A stretch of DNA of 34,386 nucleotides from a virus (lineage: Duplodnaviria > Caudoviricetes), in IMG/VR virus record IMGVR_UViG_3300020043_005523, positions 1-34,386 of that record; one strand, written 5' to 3'. Each line of letters begins with the position of its first letter. The first letter of the stretch is position 1. Both the position numbers and the translations under genes were made by a program. Shown here in pieces: positions 1 to 7,600 of the stretch. A model generated the notes under the pieces. The model was given only the letters and a program-made list of their open reading frames with translations, was not told the DNA's origin and did no database searches.

Positions 1-120
1 CAATTTGAAGGCCGTGTAAACGGTGAATTAACCGAAAGCGTAGAAAGAATATTAAATAAGAACAGAGGTAAATACAAGGGTAATGCGGATGCCTTAATGA
101 AATACCGCGCAGGATTATAA
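1..120 (+). CDS. 3' end of a hypothetical protein (partial, runs off window)
   Basis: Frame 1 is open from base 1 (QFEGRVNGELTESVERIL...KYRAGL) to TAA at 118-120, just upstream of the next gene. Confidence 0.65.
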   Translation, partial: QFEGRVNGELTESVERILNKNRGKYKGNADALMKYRAGL

Positions 121-142
121 ACAATTTAAAACAAGTACAGTT

Positions 143-664
143 ATGTCAGGTTTCAGAGACACAGATGAGTTTGAAAAAGGGTGGAACCCTAATTCAACAG
201 GTTCAAAAAAGAACAAGGATTTTAAGGAATTAAAACCCACAGATAAGTCTTTCATTATTGGTTACTACCAAGGGTCAAGACAAGTGAAAAACGAGAAGAA
301 TGCGAATCAGCCGTATATCCTTCACAAAATCTTAGCTACTGAGATTGGTGATCCAAGCCATTCTCCAAAGCTGGAAAACAAAGACGGTGAATTACGTGAG
401 TTTTTCGGTACCGCAGTTATCAATAAAAAACTTGCTGAGAAATGCCAAGTTGGTCAATTGGTAAAAATTCTATGGGTAGGAAAAGTTGAATCTAAAAACG
501 GAGGAGATCCTTATCACGATTGGAAATTGTTTATCGATGAATCAGCTGCTCCACGTTTAGCTGGTAATGCACCAACAAATAATGCGGCATCAGTTGATAC
601 AGAAGTCGCAGGAAAAGCAGAAGAATCTCCGTCAGATTTTGATGATGATGACCTTGCGTTCTAA
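143..664 (+). CDS. Putative phage single-stranded DNA-binding protein
   Basis: 173 aa; beta-rich core, then a flexible linker and an acidic/aromatic tail (SDFDDDDLAF) typical of SSBs; A-rich leader. Confidence 0.65.
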   Translation: MSGFRDTDEFEKGWNPNSTGSKKNKDFKELKPTDKSFIIGYYQGSRQVKNEKNANQPYILHKILATEIGDPSHSPKLENKDGELREFFGTAVINKKLAEKCQVGQLVKILWVGKVESKNGGDPYHDWKLFIDESAAPRLAGNAPTNNAASVDTEVAGKAEESPSDFDDDDLAF

Positions 665-694
665 AATATAGTCAGAATTGATTTTCTGATTATG

Positions 695-771
695 GCCGGG
701 CAGGACTCTTAGGAAAAGTTGTTACACCCCTGTTCTCTTTTCGAGAGGTTGAACTCCTCTCTCCGGCACAA
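695..771 (+). ncRNA. tRNA-like RNA / pseudo-tRNA with degenerate anticodon arm
   Basis: Acceptor-like stem GCCGGG(695-700)/TCCGGC(762-767); D-like arm GACT/AGTT with GG in the loop; T-like arm GAGAGG-TTGAACT-CCTCTC; ends A-CAA; 74 nt to the discriminator position. Confidence 0.5.
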
Positions 772-794
772 TTTTAAAAAAAACAAAACGTATT

Positions 795-1217
795 ATGATT
801 GATCAAAGAACCGAAACAATGACTGGCGTACTATCTGATATGTCAGACATCGATGTAGTGTACCGCGAACTATGCGATGTGCATTCATACAACTTCTCAA
901 AAGCAAAAGCACATACTGATTCTCAGCAGAAGATTACGATCAGCGGATTGTTAAAGCTGTGCATTCTTCTTAATCTAAAATTGCACATCGACGCAATGAA
1001 AGATACGTTTACTGTTTGGTACCCGGAGAAAGGTGAAAAACCGGTTAAAATTGTTCTGGATAAGGAAACGGAAAAAATGATCGAGGATAATAATCCAGAG
1101 ATCAAAGAATCTGAAAATTCAGAAACGGAAGAAGAAGCCTTTGACAAGGTAAAGTTCACCGAAATAAAAAAGGATCCAGTCCAAAGGGATATGGAACTTG
1201 AAGATATGTTTGACTAA
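795..1217 (+). CDS. Hypothetical protein (possible degenerate HTH, acidic C-terminus)
   Basis: 140-aa ORF with A-rich leader; ITISGLLKLCILLNLKL loosely resembles the end of XRE-type HTH domains. Confidence 0.6.
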   Translation: MIDQRTETMTGVLSDMSDIDVVYRELCDVHSYNFSKAKAHTDSQQKITISGLLKLCILLNLKLHIDAMKDTFTVWYPEKGEKPVKIVLDKETEKMIEDNNPEIKESENSETEEEAFDKVKFTEIKKDPVQRDMELEDMFD

Positions 1218-1218
1218 T

Positions 1219-1250
1219 AAAAAAAAGAGGGCTTAATCGTCCTCTTTTTT
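1219..1250. terminator. Bidirectional intrinsic terminator between convergent units
   Basis: AAAAAAGAGGGC-TTAATC-GTCCTCTTTTTT hairpin with an A tract on one side and a T tract on the other, where the + and - gene blocks meet. Confidence 0.85.
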
Positions 1251-1487
1251 GTTTTCACGGTTATACCGGTAAAGCTCTTTCATTTTAGCCGCAGCGGAAT
1301 CAAGTGCCTGGTCCCAACTAACTGAATCAGTTGTTTGAAATACTTCCTTCTTGTCTTCGTGCATCATACAAGATTCAAATGTACCTTGAGGCTTCATTGG
1401 ATTTTTCTTAACACAAGTGTACGATAGAGAAAAACCATTCTCCGCTGGCTCTAAACGAATGTATTCGTATTTTACTTCTTCTGACAT
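1233..1487 (-). CDS. Hypothetical phage protein
   Basis: 84-aa ORF starting 1 nt after the upstream stop; last gene of the late unit. Confidence 0.75.
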   Translation of the reverse strand: MSEEVKYEYIRLEPAENGFSLSYTCVKKNPMKPQGTFESCMMHEDKKEVFQTTDSVSWDQALDSAAAKMKELYRYNRENKKEDD

Positions 1488-1488
1488 A

Positions 1489-2088
1489 TTAAAATTCTTT
1501 TAAGATAACCAAAGTTACGTATTTATCTTTATTCATCCAAGCCATCCACTTGTCGTATTGCTTTTTGATGTTTCTCACCATACAAGCAATGGACCAACCT
1601 CCTATTTCTACTGATGCTTCTCCGGCCGCGTGGATATTTGCAAATATGATTTCTCCTTCAACAACTTTTTCTCCATCACCAGAGATCTCATTTTTATTGT
1701 CATCCCAATTAAAAGGCCATGGTTTGCATTGACGATACGCTGGATATTTTCCTTGGTGCAATCCATATTGATGTGACTGATAAACCATGTGATCAGCAAT
1801 AAGCACAGCGCAACGTTCATTCCCATACTTTGTATCAAAGTTTTTTAAGCCTTGTGCTCCAGGGTTAGTTGTCCCGGTACAAACCATGCTAAAAATGGGT
1901 TCTTGACCATCTTTAAGAACTTCGAATGAGTATGCTTTGTCGTCAAACTTGTTGAACGCATCTTCCTGTGATCTGATCCAAACATCATATTTTCCTTTTT
2001 TCCATCCGGCAAAAGTAGGCAATGATTCAATACGTGATATTAAATCCGCATCAGTATATGGTCTGATATTTGTGTTTCCGTGGTTCAT
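1489..2088 (-). CDS. Putative endolysin, L,D-transpeptidase (YkuD)-like His/Cys peptidase
   Basis: IHAAG...IGGWSIACMV resembles the H-x(n)-S-x-G-C catalytic motif; lies after the tail genes; ATG at 2088 preferred over TTG at 2100. Confidence 0.6.
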   Translation of the reverse strand: MNHGNTNIRPYTDADLISRIESLPTFAGWKKGKYDVWIRSQEDAFNKFDDKAYSFEVLKDGQEPIFSMVCTGTTNPGAQGLKNFDTKYGNERCAVLIADHMVYQSHQYGLHQGKYPAYRQCKPWPFNWDDNKNEISGDGEKVVEGEIIFANIHAAGEASVEIGGWSIACMVRNIKKQYDKWMAWMNKDKYVTLVILKEF

Positions 2089-2089
2089 A

Positions 2090-2734
2090 CTACAAGTCAA
2101 GTGTTACGTTTGTTCTTTCACTGTTTGTCATATCGGCAGAAACAGTGTTTTTAGTGTCGCTAAGATCTCTAAACTCAACAGTTGCATTACCGCCACCCAA
2201 ATCAGTTATATTTGTTTTACCAGCAGCTACAGCAGCTAATACCTTTAGAATGTCACGCATTGTGTAACTGCCATCGATAAATGTGGCAAAGAATTCTCCT
2301 GCAATATCTGCTGCCGTTGGCCTTGCTGAAATATCAGCGTTTCCAGAAATATATCCATAACCAAGAATATCGCAAAGCGCAACTATCGTTATGTTGGCTT
2401 CACCATTTATTGACGCTAATAAATCTCCACTACCACTTACTGTGAATACAACAGTTGCATTAGAAATCATATACCCATCACCAACGATTGATGAACTAAC
2501 ATCGAATACGTTTGATATTCTTGATGCTATTCCGCCATTTGATAAAGGATAGACCAATGGTCCTTTTGGCATTCTATACCCTTCTGGTGTGCTTGATGTT
2601 TCTTGAAGTGTAGATCTTTGTATTGAGATAGACTTATTCAGTCTGTTTAATTTGTTTTTCATAGCTCCGCTATTAGCGAAACCTTTTCCTCCGATTATTC
2701 TTTGGCTACTAATTATACTACCTCTTAATCCCAT
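2090..2734 (-). CDS. Putative virion tail/fiber-associated protein
   Basis: 214 aa, rich in Gly/Ala/Ser; third gene of a tightly packed structural trio. Confidence 0.6.
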   Translation of the reverse strand: MGLRGSIISSQRIIGGKGFANSGAMKNKLNRLNKSISIQRSTLQETSSTPEGYRMPKGPLVYPLSNGGIASRISNVFDVSSSIVGDGYMISNATVVFTVSGSGDLLASINGEANITIVALCDILGYGYISGNADISARPTAADIAGEFFATFIDGSYTMRDILKVLAAVAAGKTNITDLGGGNATVEFRDLSDTKNTVSADMTNSERTNVTLDL

Positions 2735-3579
2735 ATATTATTTAAAGTACCGCTAAAAACAGCATTTGCAATCATTGCACCGCCAGCAACACCAATAAAT
2801 CCAAGACAAGCATTATCTTCAATTTTAGGAAGAATATCATTACCACTGAAGTAGTCATTCAAATTTCCTGTGTTAATTGCATAAATATCTATTTCGGCAA
2901 GTACTTTTACCAAAACAATAGCTACAGTTCCAGTGGTTCCAGTTGCTAATGTATAAGAATCTATTTTTCTAACCCCTTTATCAGCGCCGGAAAGAGGCAT
3001 AAATGGTGATCCATTGTTTAGGTATAATTTACTTATTGCACTTGATGCAACCGGAGAAGTCATAACACCACCGGTGTTTCCAGTATTTCCATCTTGATCG
3101 GTGTATGATAATGTTAAAGCAGGTTGGGCTGCACCATTTGCTGTTTGAACAGCAATTATAGGTAGTACTCCTTCACCACTTGTATATCTTGGAAGCGTCA
3201 ATGTATTATTCAAAGCTGTTGGTGCACCAGTAACAACACACGCTGGGTAATAAAGCAAGAAATCAACCAGATAAAACGTAGCTGGTACAAGTGTTGCTGT
3301 AGGGCTTTGAATCTTTATAGATGTAAGCTGTCTTGTATCAGGTGAAACAGCGGGCACTCCAATGTTTAATGCTCCTGTATTTGCTGCGGTTAATTGTTGT
3401 GCAACACCAGCAGATCCTGACCATGCGCCAGCGGCGGGAATGCCATTTGCGGTGAAAAACTCATGCCAATGTCCAGCAACAGATGCTGCGGCATTTGAAC
3501 TTGCTTTTTGGAACAATCCTTTATTTGTTTGACCAGCCGCAGCCGCAGCATAAGCTGAATCTAATCCTGTTATTGCCAT
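2725..3579 (-). CDS. Putative virion structural protein
   Basis: 284 aa, Ala/Gly/Thr-rich beta-type protein (LPRYTSGEGV, LSYTDQDG, FMPLSGADKGVR). Confidence 0.65.
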   Translation of the reverse strand: MAITGLDSAYAAAAAGQTNKGLFQKASSNAAASVAGHWHEFFTANGIPAAGAWSGSAGVAQQLTAANTGALNIGVPAVSPDTRQLTSIKIQSPTATLVPATFYLVDFLLYYPACVVTGAPTALNNTLTLPRYTSGEGVLPIIAVQTANGAAQPALTLSYTDQDGNTGNTGGVMTSPVASSAISKLYLNNGSPFMPLSGADKGVRKIDSYTLATGTTGTVAIVLVKVLAEIDIYAINTGNLNDYFSGNDILPKIEDNACLGFIGVAGGAMIANAVFSGTLNNIWD

Positions 3580-3588
3580 GGGTTTATT

Positions 3589-4032
3589 TTAAAAATTAAT
3601 ATCTAAAGATCCAGCCGTAATTCTTGGAGCAACGTTATTTGTTACATCCAAAGAATCAGTCAATGCTCCTTTGAATAAAATAACTGACGCACCGCTTGTT
3701 TCTTTCACAATAGACCAATGTGTTAGAGTTTCTAATCCAACACCTGAACGAGTAGGAAATACTATATCAGATGTGTTAGTCGCATTCCTTAATAGAACAG
3801 TCCAGCCAAGTACACTTCTTGGAACAGCTACTCTTGCATAAGAGGGGTATGCTGCTTCACTTGTAGCAGCGTTTCCAGCATCACCTGGATCAGCAGTATG
3901 TAGTGCAACAAAAAGACTACCTGGGGTAGCTGAGTTTTGTATTCCAGCAACATCGCCAACATTAGCAATGTCATCATTATTGAATAGCAAAAGAGCCATC
4001 TCATTTGCAAAAGTATTTGAAACTGAACTCAT
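3589..4032 (-). CDS. Phage tail fiber-associated structural protein
   Basis: LFVALHTADPG...EAAYPSYARVAV motif, recalled from a widespread small phage tail protein family. Confidence 0.7.
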   Translation of the reverse strand: MSSVSNTFANEMALLLFNNDDIANVGDVAGIQNSATPGSLFVALHTADPGDAGNAATSEAAYPSYARVAVPRSVLGWTVLLRNATNTSDIVFPTRSGVGLETLTHWSIVKETSGASVILFKGALTDSLDVTNNVAPRITAGSLDINF

Positions 4033-4051
4033 AATCTTATTTTATTTTTTA

Positions 4052-4255
4052 CTACCATCCCCGCGGAAAATAACCGTTCTCACCACTACTACCGCCGGAA
4101 GAATTAATTGTTACATCTACTGTTTTTTGACGCGGATTATCCTTTACTGTTAATGTAATATTAGTGCCTTGAACAAAGTTAATGCGTTTTCTCTTGTATT
4201 TCACCAAAGAAAGGTTATTAATATTGATATTTGTTATGTCATTATTGTCACTCAT
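4052..4255 (-). CDS. Small putative structural protein
   Basis: 67 aa; RINFVQGTNITLTV...VDVTINSSGG resembles fiber repeat segments. Confidence 0.6.
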   Translation of the reverse strand: MSDNNDITNININNLSLVKYKRKRINFVQGTNITLTVKDNPRQKTVDVTINSSGGSSGENGYFPRGW

Positions 4256-4256
4256 T

Positions 4257-4310
4257 TTACAGTTTTCTTATCTTGATCTCCCATCCTGCTTTTCGCATGT
4301 ACTCCTCAAT
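4257..4310 (-). pseudogene. Orphan 3' gene fragment (...IEEYMRKAGWEIKIRKL*)
   Basis: Stop sits 1 nt before the ATG at 4255, but the frame closes about 33 codons upstream inside the + strand insert. Confidence 0.4.
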
Positions 4311-4457
4311 GCTTTCTGTGTTGGAGGCGGAAAAGGTGGTATTATTCAAGTATATAAAGGAGGCTCAAGGATATTTGTAGAAAGTAGAGATTATTCAGGT
4401 GTTTTATCTGACAATATTTTAGCCGGTGCATCTGTTAAAATAGAATTAATTTCATAA
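4305..4457 (+). pseudogene. Orphan 3' fragment of a tail-type protein (...IFVESRDYSGVLSDNILAGASVKIELIS*)
   Basis: Protein-like C-terminus coupled by TAATG to the ORF at 4457; no credible 5' end; left boundary approximate. Confidence 0.45.
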
Positions 4458-4897
4458 TGTCAATAATCCAAAGATATAATCCTGTATCTGGACATTTTGA
4501 TTTGGTCAATACAAGTTCAGGAGGCGCAAATACTATTTGGGGGTATGTAGCTAATTATTCAGCACTACCATTAGGTGTAACACCATCTGATCCTGCAATA
4601 GGGGATTTAGTAGGTGTTAATGCCTCTCAAGGTGTTTGGCCCATAAATTTTCGTGCGGAGGGTTTTTATAAAAGATCAGCTTTAACAGGAGTTGCATCTA
4701 CTGATTATGGAACAAAACCTTTTGCTGGCTTCCCCACTAATCATAATAATTTAGATAATTTACAAGGCGGCACAACAGATGAATACTATCATCTAACAGC
4801 TATACAACATGGGTATTATGATGTTACAAGTTCAATTCAAACGCAGTTAGACTCAAAGCAAACAACGGCTGATTTTTTATCACTGAAAGTCAAATAA
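4457..4897 (+). CDS. Alternative or truncated N-terminal module of a tail fiber/receptor-binding protein, inverted
   Basis: 146 aa on the strand opposite the operon; HNNLDNLQGG...YYHLT fiber-like motif; ends with TSSIQTQLDSKQTTADF, identical to 5703..6338, then LSLKVK*. Confidence 0.6.
   Translation: MSIIQRYNPVSGHFDLVNTSSGGANTIWGYVANYSALPLGVTPSDPAIGDLVGVNASQGVWPINFRAEGFYKRSALTGVASTDYGTKPFAGFPTNHNNLDNLQGGTTDEYYHLTAIQHGYYDVTSSIQTQLDSKQTTADFLSLKVK
4826..4878 (+). repeat. 53-bp perfect inverted repeat, left copy
   Basis: ACAAGTTCAATTCAAACGCAGTTAGACTCAAAGCAAACAACGGCTGATTTTTT; reverse complement at 6085-6137. Confidence 0.95.
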
Positions 4898-4962
4898 AGT
4901 TGCTTCAAAACATGCTTAATGTTTGTCCACCCAAAGAAATATTTTCGCTGATACCATTTCAT
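4837..4962 (-). pseudogene. 5' fragment of a gene interrupted by the inverted segment (MKWYQRKYFFGWTNIKHVLKQLYLTFSDKKS...)
   Basis: ATG overlaps the upstream TGA (ATGA); after about 31 codons it runs into the antisense of the 53-bp repeat and stops. Confidence 0.45.
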
Positions 4963-5032
4963 TTACGCTTCTTTTTTCTCGATTCAAGTTTTTCTCTGTA
5001 TTCGATGATAATGATACGAATTTTATAGTAAA
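4959..5032 (-). pseudogene. 3' fragment of a small holin-like gene (...LYYKIRIIIIEYREKLESRKKKRK*)
   Basis: Hydrophobic-then-basic C-terminus ending in an ATGA overlap; no start codon in frame (TAG just upstream). Confidence 0.4.
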
Positions 5033-5145
5033 GAAAAGCAAGTAAATTCTATTAATCCGGTCTGATCGCAAATAACGTCAATCTGCCCCAAAGTTTGCTT
5101 GTCAGATTTGAATATGCGTGTTAATTCTTGATAGTAAGTTTTCAT
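5023..5145 (-). pseudogene. Truncated DUF5675-like (putative lysin) gene, 40 aa
   Basis: MKTYYQELTRIFKSDKQTLGQIDVICDQTGLIEFTCFSLL* resembles the recalled DUF5675 N-terminus (L-x-R...T-x-G...F-x-C-x-[TS]-L-E) and stops where the E is expected. Confidence 0.45.
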
Positions 5146-5147
5146 AA

Positions 5148-5345
5148 CTACATTCCCCCAGCTTTGCTTCCAATTTTAAATCCAAGCGTAAATATCTTCA
5201 GCCAATTAACCTTGTTCGCCTTAGTCTTTTTTAGCATCTCAACATCATCAATAAGCGAAGGAACTCCGGTCATTTTATCACCAAGTATTCTTTGTTTGAT
5301 TAGACTAACGTCCCTCAAAAGCTGCTCTTCTGTTTCTGCTTTCAT
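5148..5345 (-). CDS. Small hypothetical protein (possible lysis-associated)
   Basis: 65 aa, ATGA-coupled to the upstream gene; directly precedes the lysin-like fragment. Confidence 0.7.
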   Translation of the reverse strand: MKAETEEQLLRDVSLIKQRILGDKMTGVPSLIDDVEMLKKTKANKVNWLKIFTLGFKIGSKAGGM

Positions 5346-5710
5346 AACTTTATCGCTGCTGCTTGTTCAAAAATAGAGTCCTTTTCCTCGTCTGTTAAAT
5401 TCAAAGAAGCCTGAACAAACTTGACGGTGTCGCTTTGACTATTAAGACTGTTTCCGCTATTCCAAACAAAACCAGCTAAAGTTCTATTTGGTTCAGGTAG
5501 TTTTTCAATAGCAATATCAACCTCATTGATTCTGCCCATCAAAGTTAAAACTCCTTTTATTCGCCAGAGTTCAACCTCTTTATTTTGTTTAGATGGATCT
5601 TCGTAAACGATTTCAGGGATTTGGATAAGTTCGTTTTTATCGTTAAACGTCTTGATTATCCAAGAGTCTGAGCCGTCCCCTTGCTGTTTGTATGTGATTT
5701 CTTTACGCAT
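5342..5710 (-). CDS. Hypothetical protein, possible fiber assembly chaperone
   Basis: 122 aa directly after the RBP-like gene; C-terminus LNLTDEEKDSIFEQAAAI is typical of such fiber-adjacent proteins. Confidence 0.65.
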   Translation of the reverse strand: MRKEITYKQQGDGSDSWIIKTFNDKNELIQIPEIVYEDPSKQNKEVELWRIKGVLTLMGRINEVDIAIEKLPEPNRTLAGFVWNSGNSLNSQSDTVKFVQASLNLTDEEKDSIFEQAAAIKL

Positions 5711-6338
5711 AGAATATAGTTACTCTTAATTGTAATCCGTTTGGATTTGTTGCTAAAACAGGAATATTAATATTTACTAAAGAAGCGCAATCAGTTACAG
5801 TAATGTTAAGCCCTGTAATATATCTTACTGATTGTCGGTTAGCATTTATTTTAATATCGTTAGCAATCAAATCTGTAGTTCCGTAGTTTGTACCATGAAC
5901 TAGATTTAATGTACAGTTCTCATTGCTTCCAACCGTTCCGCCGTTAAAAACAGATATAATACAAGCAGTAATAACACCAGCCTTTAAAGCAACACCTCCT
6001 GTTTGAGATGTAGCCGTAACTGGGTTCAATGCTTGGCCTAAATAATATGAGGTCGAATCTGTATAAGTATTTGAAGCAAAAGCAAAAAAATCAGCCGTTG
6101 TTTGCTTTGAGTCTAACTGCGTTTGAATTGAACTTGTCGCATCGTCAAAACCAGATACAGGGAAATAATTTAATTGCGCCCATGTTTGCACACCGTCAGC
6201 CAGTTTAAATTTACATTGATCCGTTGCTCCGTAAAAGGCATTAGTCTCACACAGTATTTTATTAGCACTATAAACAGTCGAATCAGTAGCCCATTCTGCT
6301 GTTGTCTGGTTTATTCTGGTTGGTATTACTATGCTCAT
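5703..6338 (-). CDS. Putative receptor-binding/fiber protein with Mtd_N (hyaluronidase N-terminal)-like domain
   Basis: TTAEWATDSTV...CETN...KFKLADGVQTWAQLNY N-terminal motif; short coil TSSIQTQLDSKQ; beta-rich C-terminal head. Confidence 0.65.
   Translation of the reverse strand: MSIVIPTRINQTTAEWATDSTVYSANKILCETNAFYGATDQCKFKLADGVQTWAQLNYFPVSGFDDATSSIQTQLDSKQTTADFFAFASNTYTDSTSYYLGQALNPVTATSQTGGVALKAGVITACIISVFNGGTVGSNENCTLNLVHGTNYGTTDLIANDIKINANRQSVRYITGLNITVTDCASLVNINIPVLATNPNGLQLRVTIFYA
6085..6137 (-). repeat. 53-bp perfect inverted repeat, right copy
   Basis: Exact reverse complement of 4826-4878, read in the same codon frame in both genes. Confidence 0.95.
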
Positions 6339-7585
6339 AAATCAATTGTAAAATTTGGAATAACACCCGCAATTATCGTGACAGTAGCAACTGGTGTGAC
6401 TAAATCAGGGTATTCGTAAATAGGCATTATAACGTCTGCAATAGTGATTTCCAGTTCAGCTTCTGTATCTACTGTTGCTGACCCTATTTGAGTTACTGCA
6501 CTGTTTACTACTGTAATGTCTTTAAAGCCCTCAGCCGTTACGCCGGTTATTGCAGCACCGTTATAAGTTTCTGAGGTGTCACCAATGATCCAATTAGCGC
6601 CAGCTTTAGAACCTACATTTGTGGCAGCATCTGATTTTTTTACTGGTAAATCCTGATTGGTCGAAACACCTGAATAGAATGGTGTGCCGTTTACTGCTAT
6701 GTCTATTGAACCACCGCCACCAGCAGCAGGAACTTCCAGCGTGTCTGTTAGAGGGTCGTACGTGTGAGTTGGCACATTACCGTCCGTGTCAATCAAATTC
6801 AGATTAAACGTGTCACCACTTGGTATATTCTCTGCCAAAACTCCTTCGATTTGGAATTTAACCGGCAAACAACTAACAGCCGGCGTATCTGTACAACATT
6901 CGTCCTGTGAATAAATATTCAGATCGAAGTTTACACCAACACCGCTTAAAAACTCTTCAAAAATACGCTCCTTTGCGCCCCAAATTGCAGGATCTCCAAA
7001 GTCCATGAAATCATCTTGAAAAACTTCCTGAATTTCTTCGAATAAATCCAATCTTTCTTCAAACTTCTGTATGAAATATTTTGCCAAAGCAGACATTGGA
7101 TTTACAACGTTTGTCTGTTGTGTTGCTATGGTTGCATCTCCATTTTTGTCAAAAGTTGTAAGACAGAAAAAACGAACTTTTCCACTAAACCCATACATTG
7201 AATCAATAGAAGGTCTAGTTTTTCCTTTTACAGGAAGTGCGTAAATCATTGGCGTGATTGTCCGCTTTGATGCTGCTTTTTTCACACGCTCACCACTTAC
7301 GCGCCTGTGCGTTCCGTGTTCAAATGTTGGAGCCGTTAATTGGAAATAAAGTTGAACGGGTGCAGATGCTCCCGTAACTATCAAATATTCGTCTTGAACG
7401 AATGAAACAACCTTATAAACCACTCCGTCTATTGTGATTTTATCATTGATAGTTATCCACTGAGTGTTGCAGGAAAATAATTTGTATTTCACAGGCGTAC
7501 CCGCAATTGTTTCAATTGAAGTCAGTGTAATTACTGGCGTCATTTGACTTACAACGTGAGTTTGTATCAATGAATAAATATCCAT
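6335..7585 (-). CDS. Virion structural protein (possible tail-completion domain plus C-terminal extension)
   Basis: 416-aa ORF in the tail module; Gly/Thr/Ala-rich C-terminal half. Confidence 0.65.
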   Translation of the reverse strand: MDIYSLIQTHVVSQMTPVITLTSIETIAGTPVKYKLFSCNTQWITINDKITIDGVVYKVVSFVQDEYLIVTGASAPVQLYFQLTAPTFEHGTHRRVSGERVKKAASKRTITPMIYALPVKGKTRPSIDSMYGFSGKVRFFCLTTFDKNGDATIATQQTNVVNPMSALAKYFIQKFEERLDLFEEIQEVFQDDFMDFGDPAIWGAKERIFEEFLSGVGVNFDLNIYSQDECCTDTPAVSCLPVKFQIEGVLAENIPSGDTFNLNLIDTDGNVPTHTYDPLTDTLEVPAAGGGGSIDIAVNGTPFYSGVSTNQDLPVKKSDAATNVGSKAGANWIIGDTSETYNGAAITGVTAEGFKDITVVNSAVTQIGSATVDTEAELEITIADVIMPIYEYPDLVTPVATVTIIAGVIPNFTIDL

Positions 7586-7589
7586 ACTT

Positions 7590-7597
7590 CAAATATA
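7590..7597 (-). promoter_or_regulatory. Bacteroidota -7 promoter element TATATTTG
   Basis: Matches TAnnTTTG in the 15-nt intergenic gap, 4 nt upstream of ATG 7585. Confidence 0.5.
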
Positions 7598-7600
7598 TTA

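Noticed and set aside
695-771. Functional decoding tRNA
   Set aside because: No canonical anticodon stem-loop, no U8, and a non-canonical T loop; kept only as a tRNA-like element
4182-4304. 5' half of the 91-aa + strand ORF 4182..4457
   Set aside because: Antisense to a - strand gene and fragment, with a non-ATG start; only the part after ~4305 looks like real coding sequence
4810-6150. Diversity-generating retroelement (repeat pair next to an Mtd_N-like gene)
   Set aside because: The copies are identical over 53 bp, flanking differences are not adenine-specific, the repeat is not at the C-terminal end, and no reverse transcriptase is in the window
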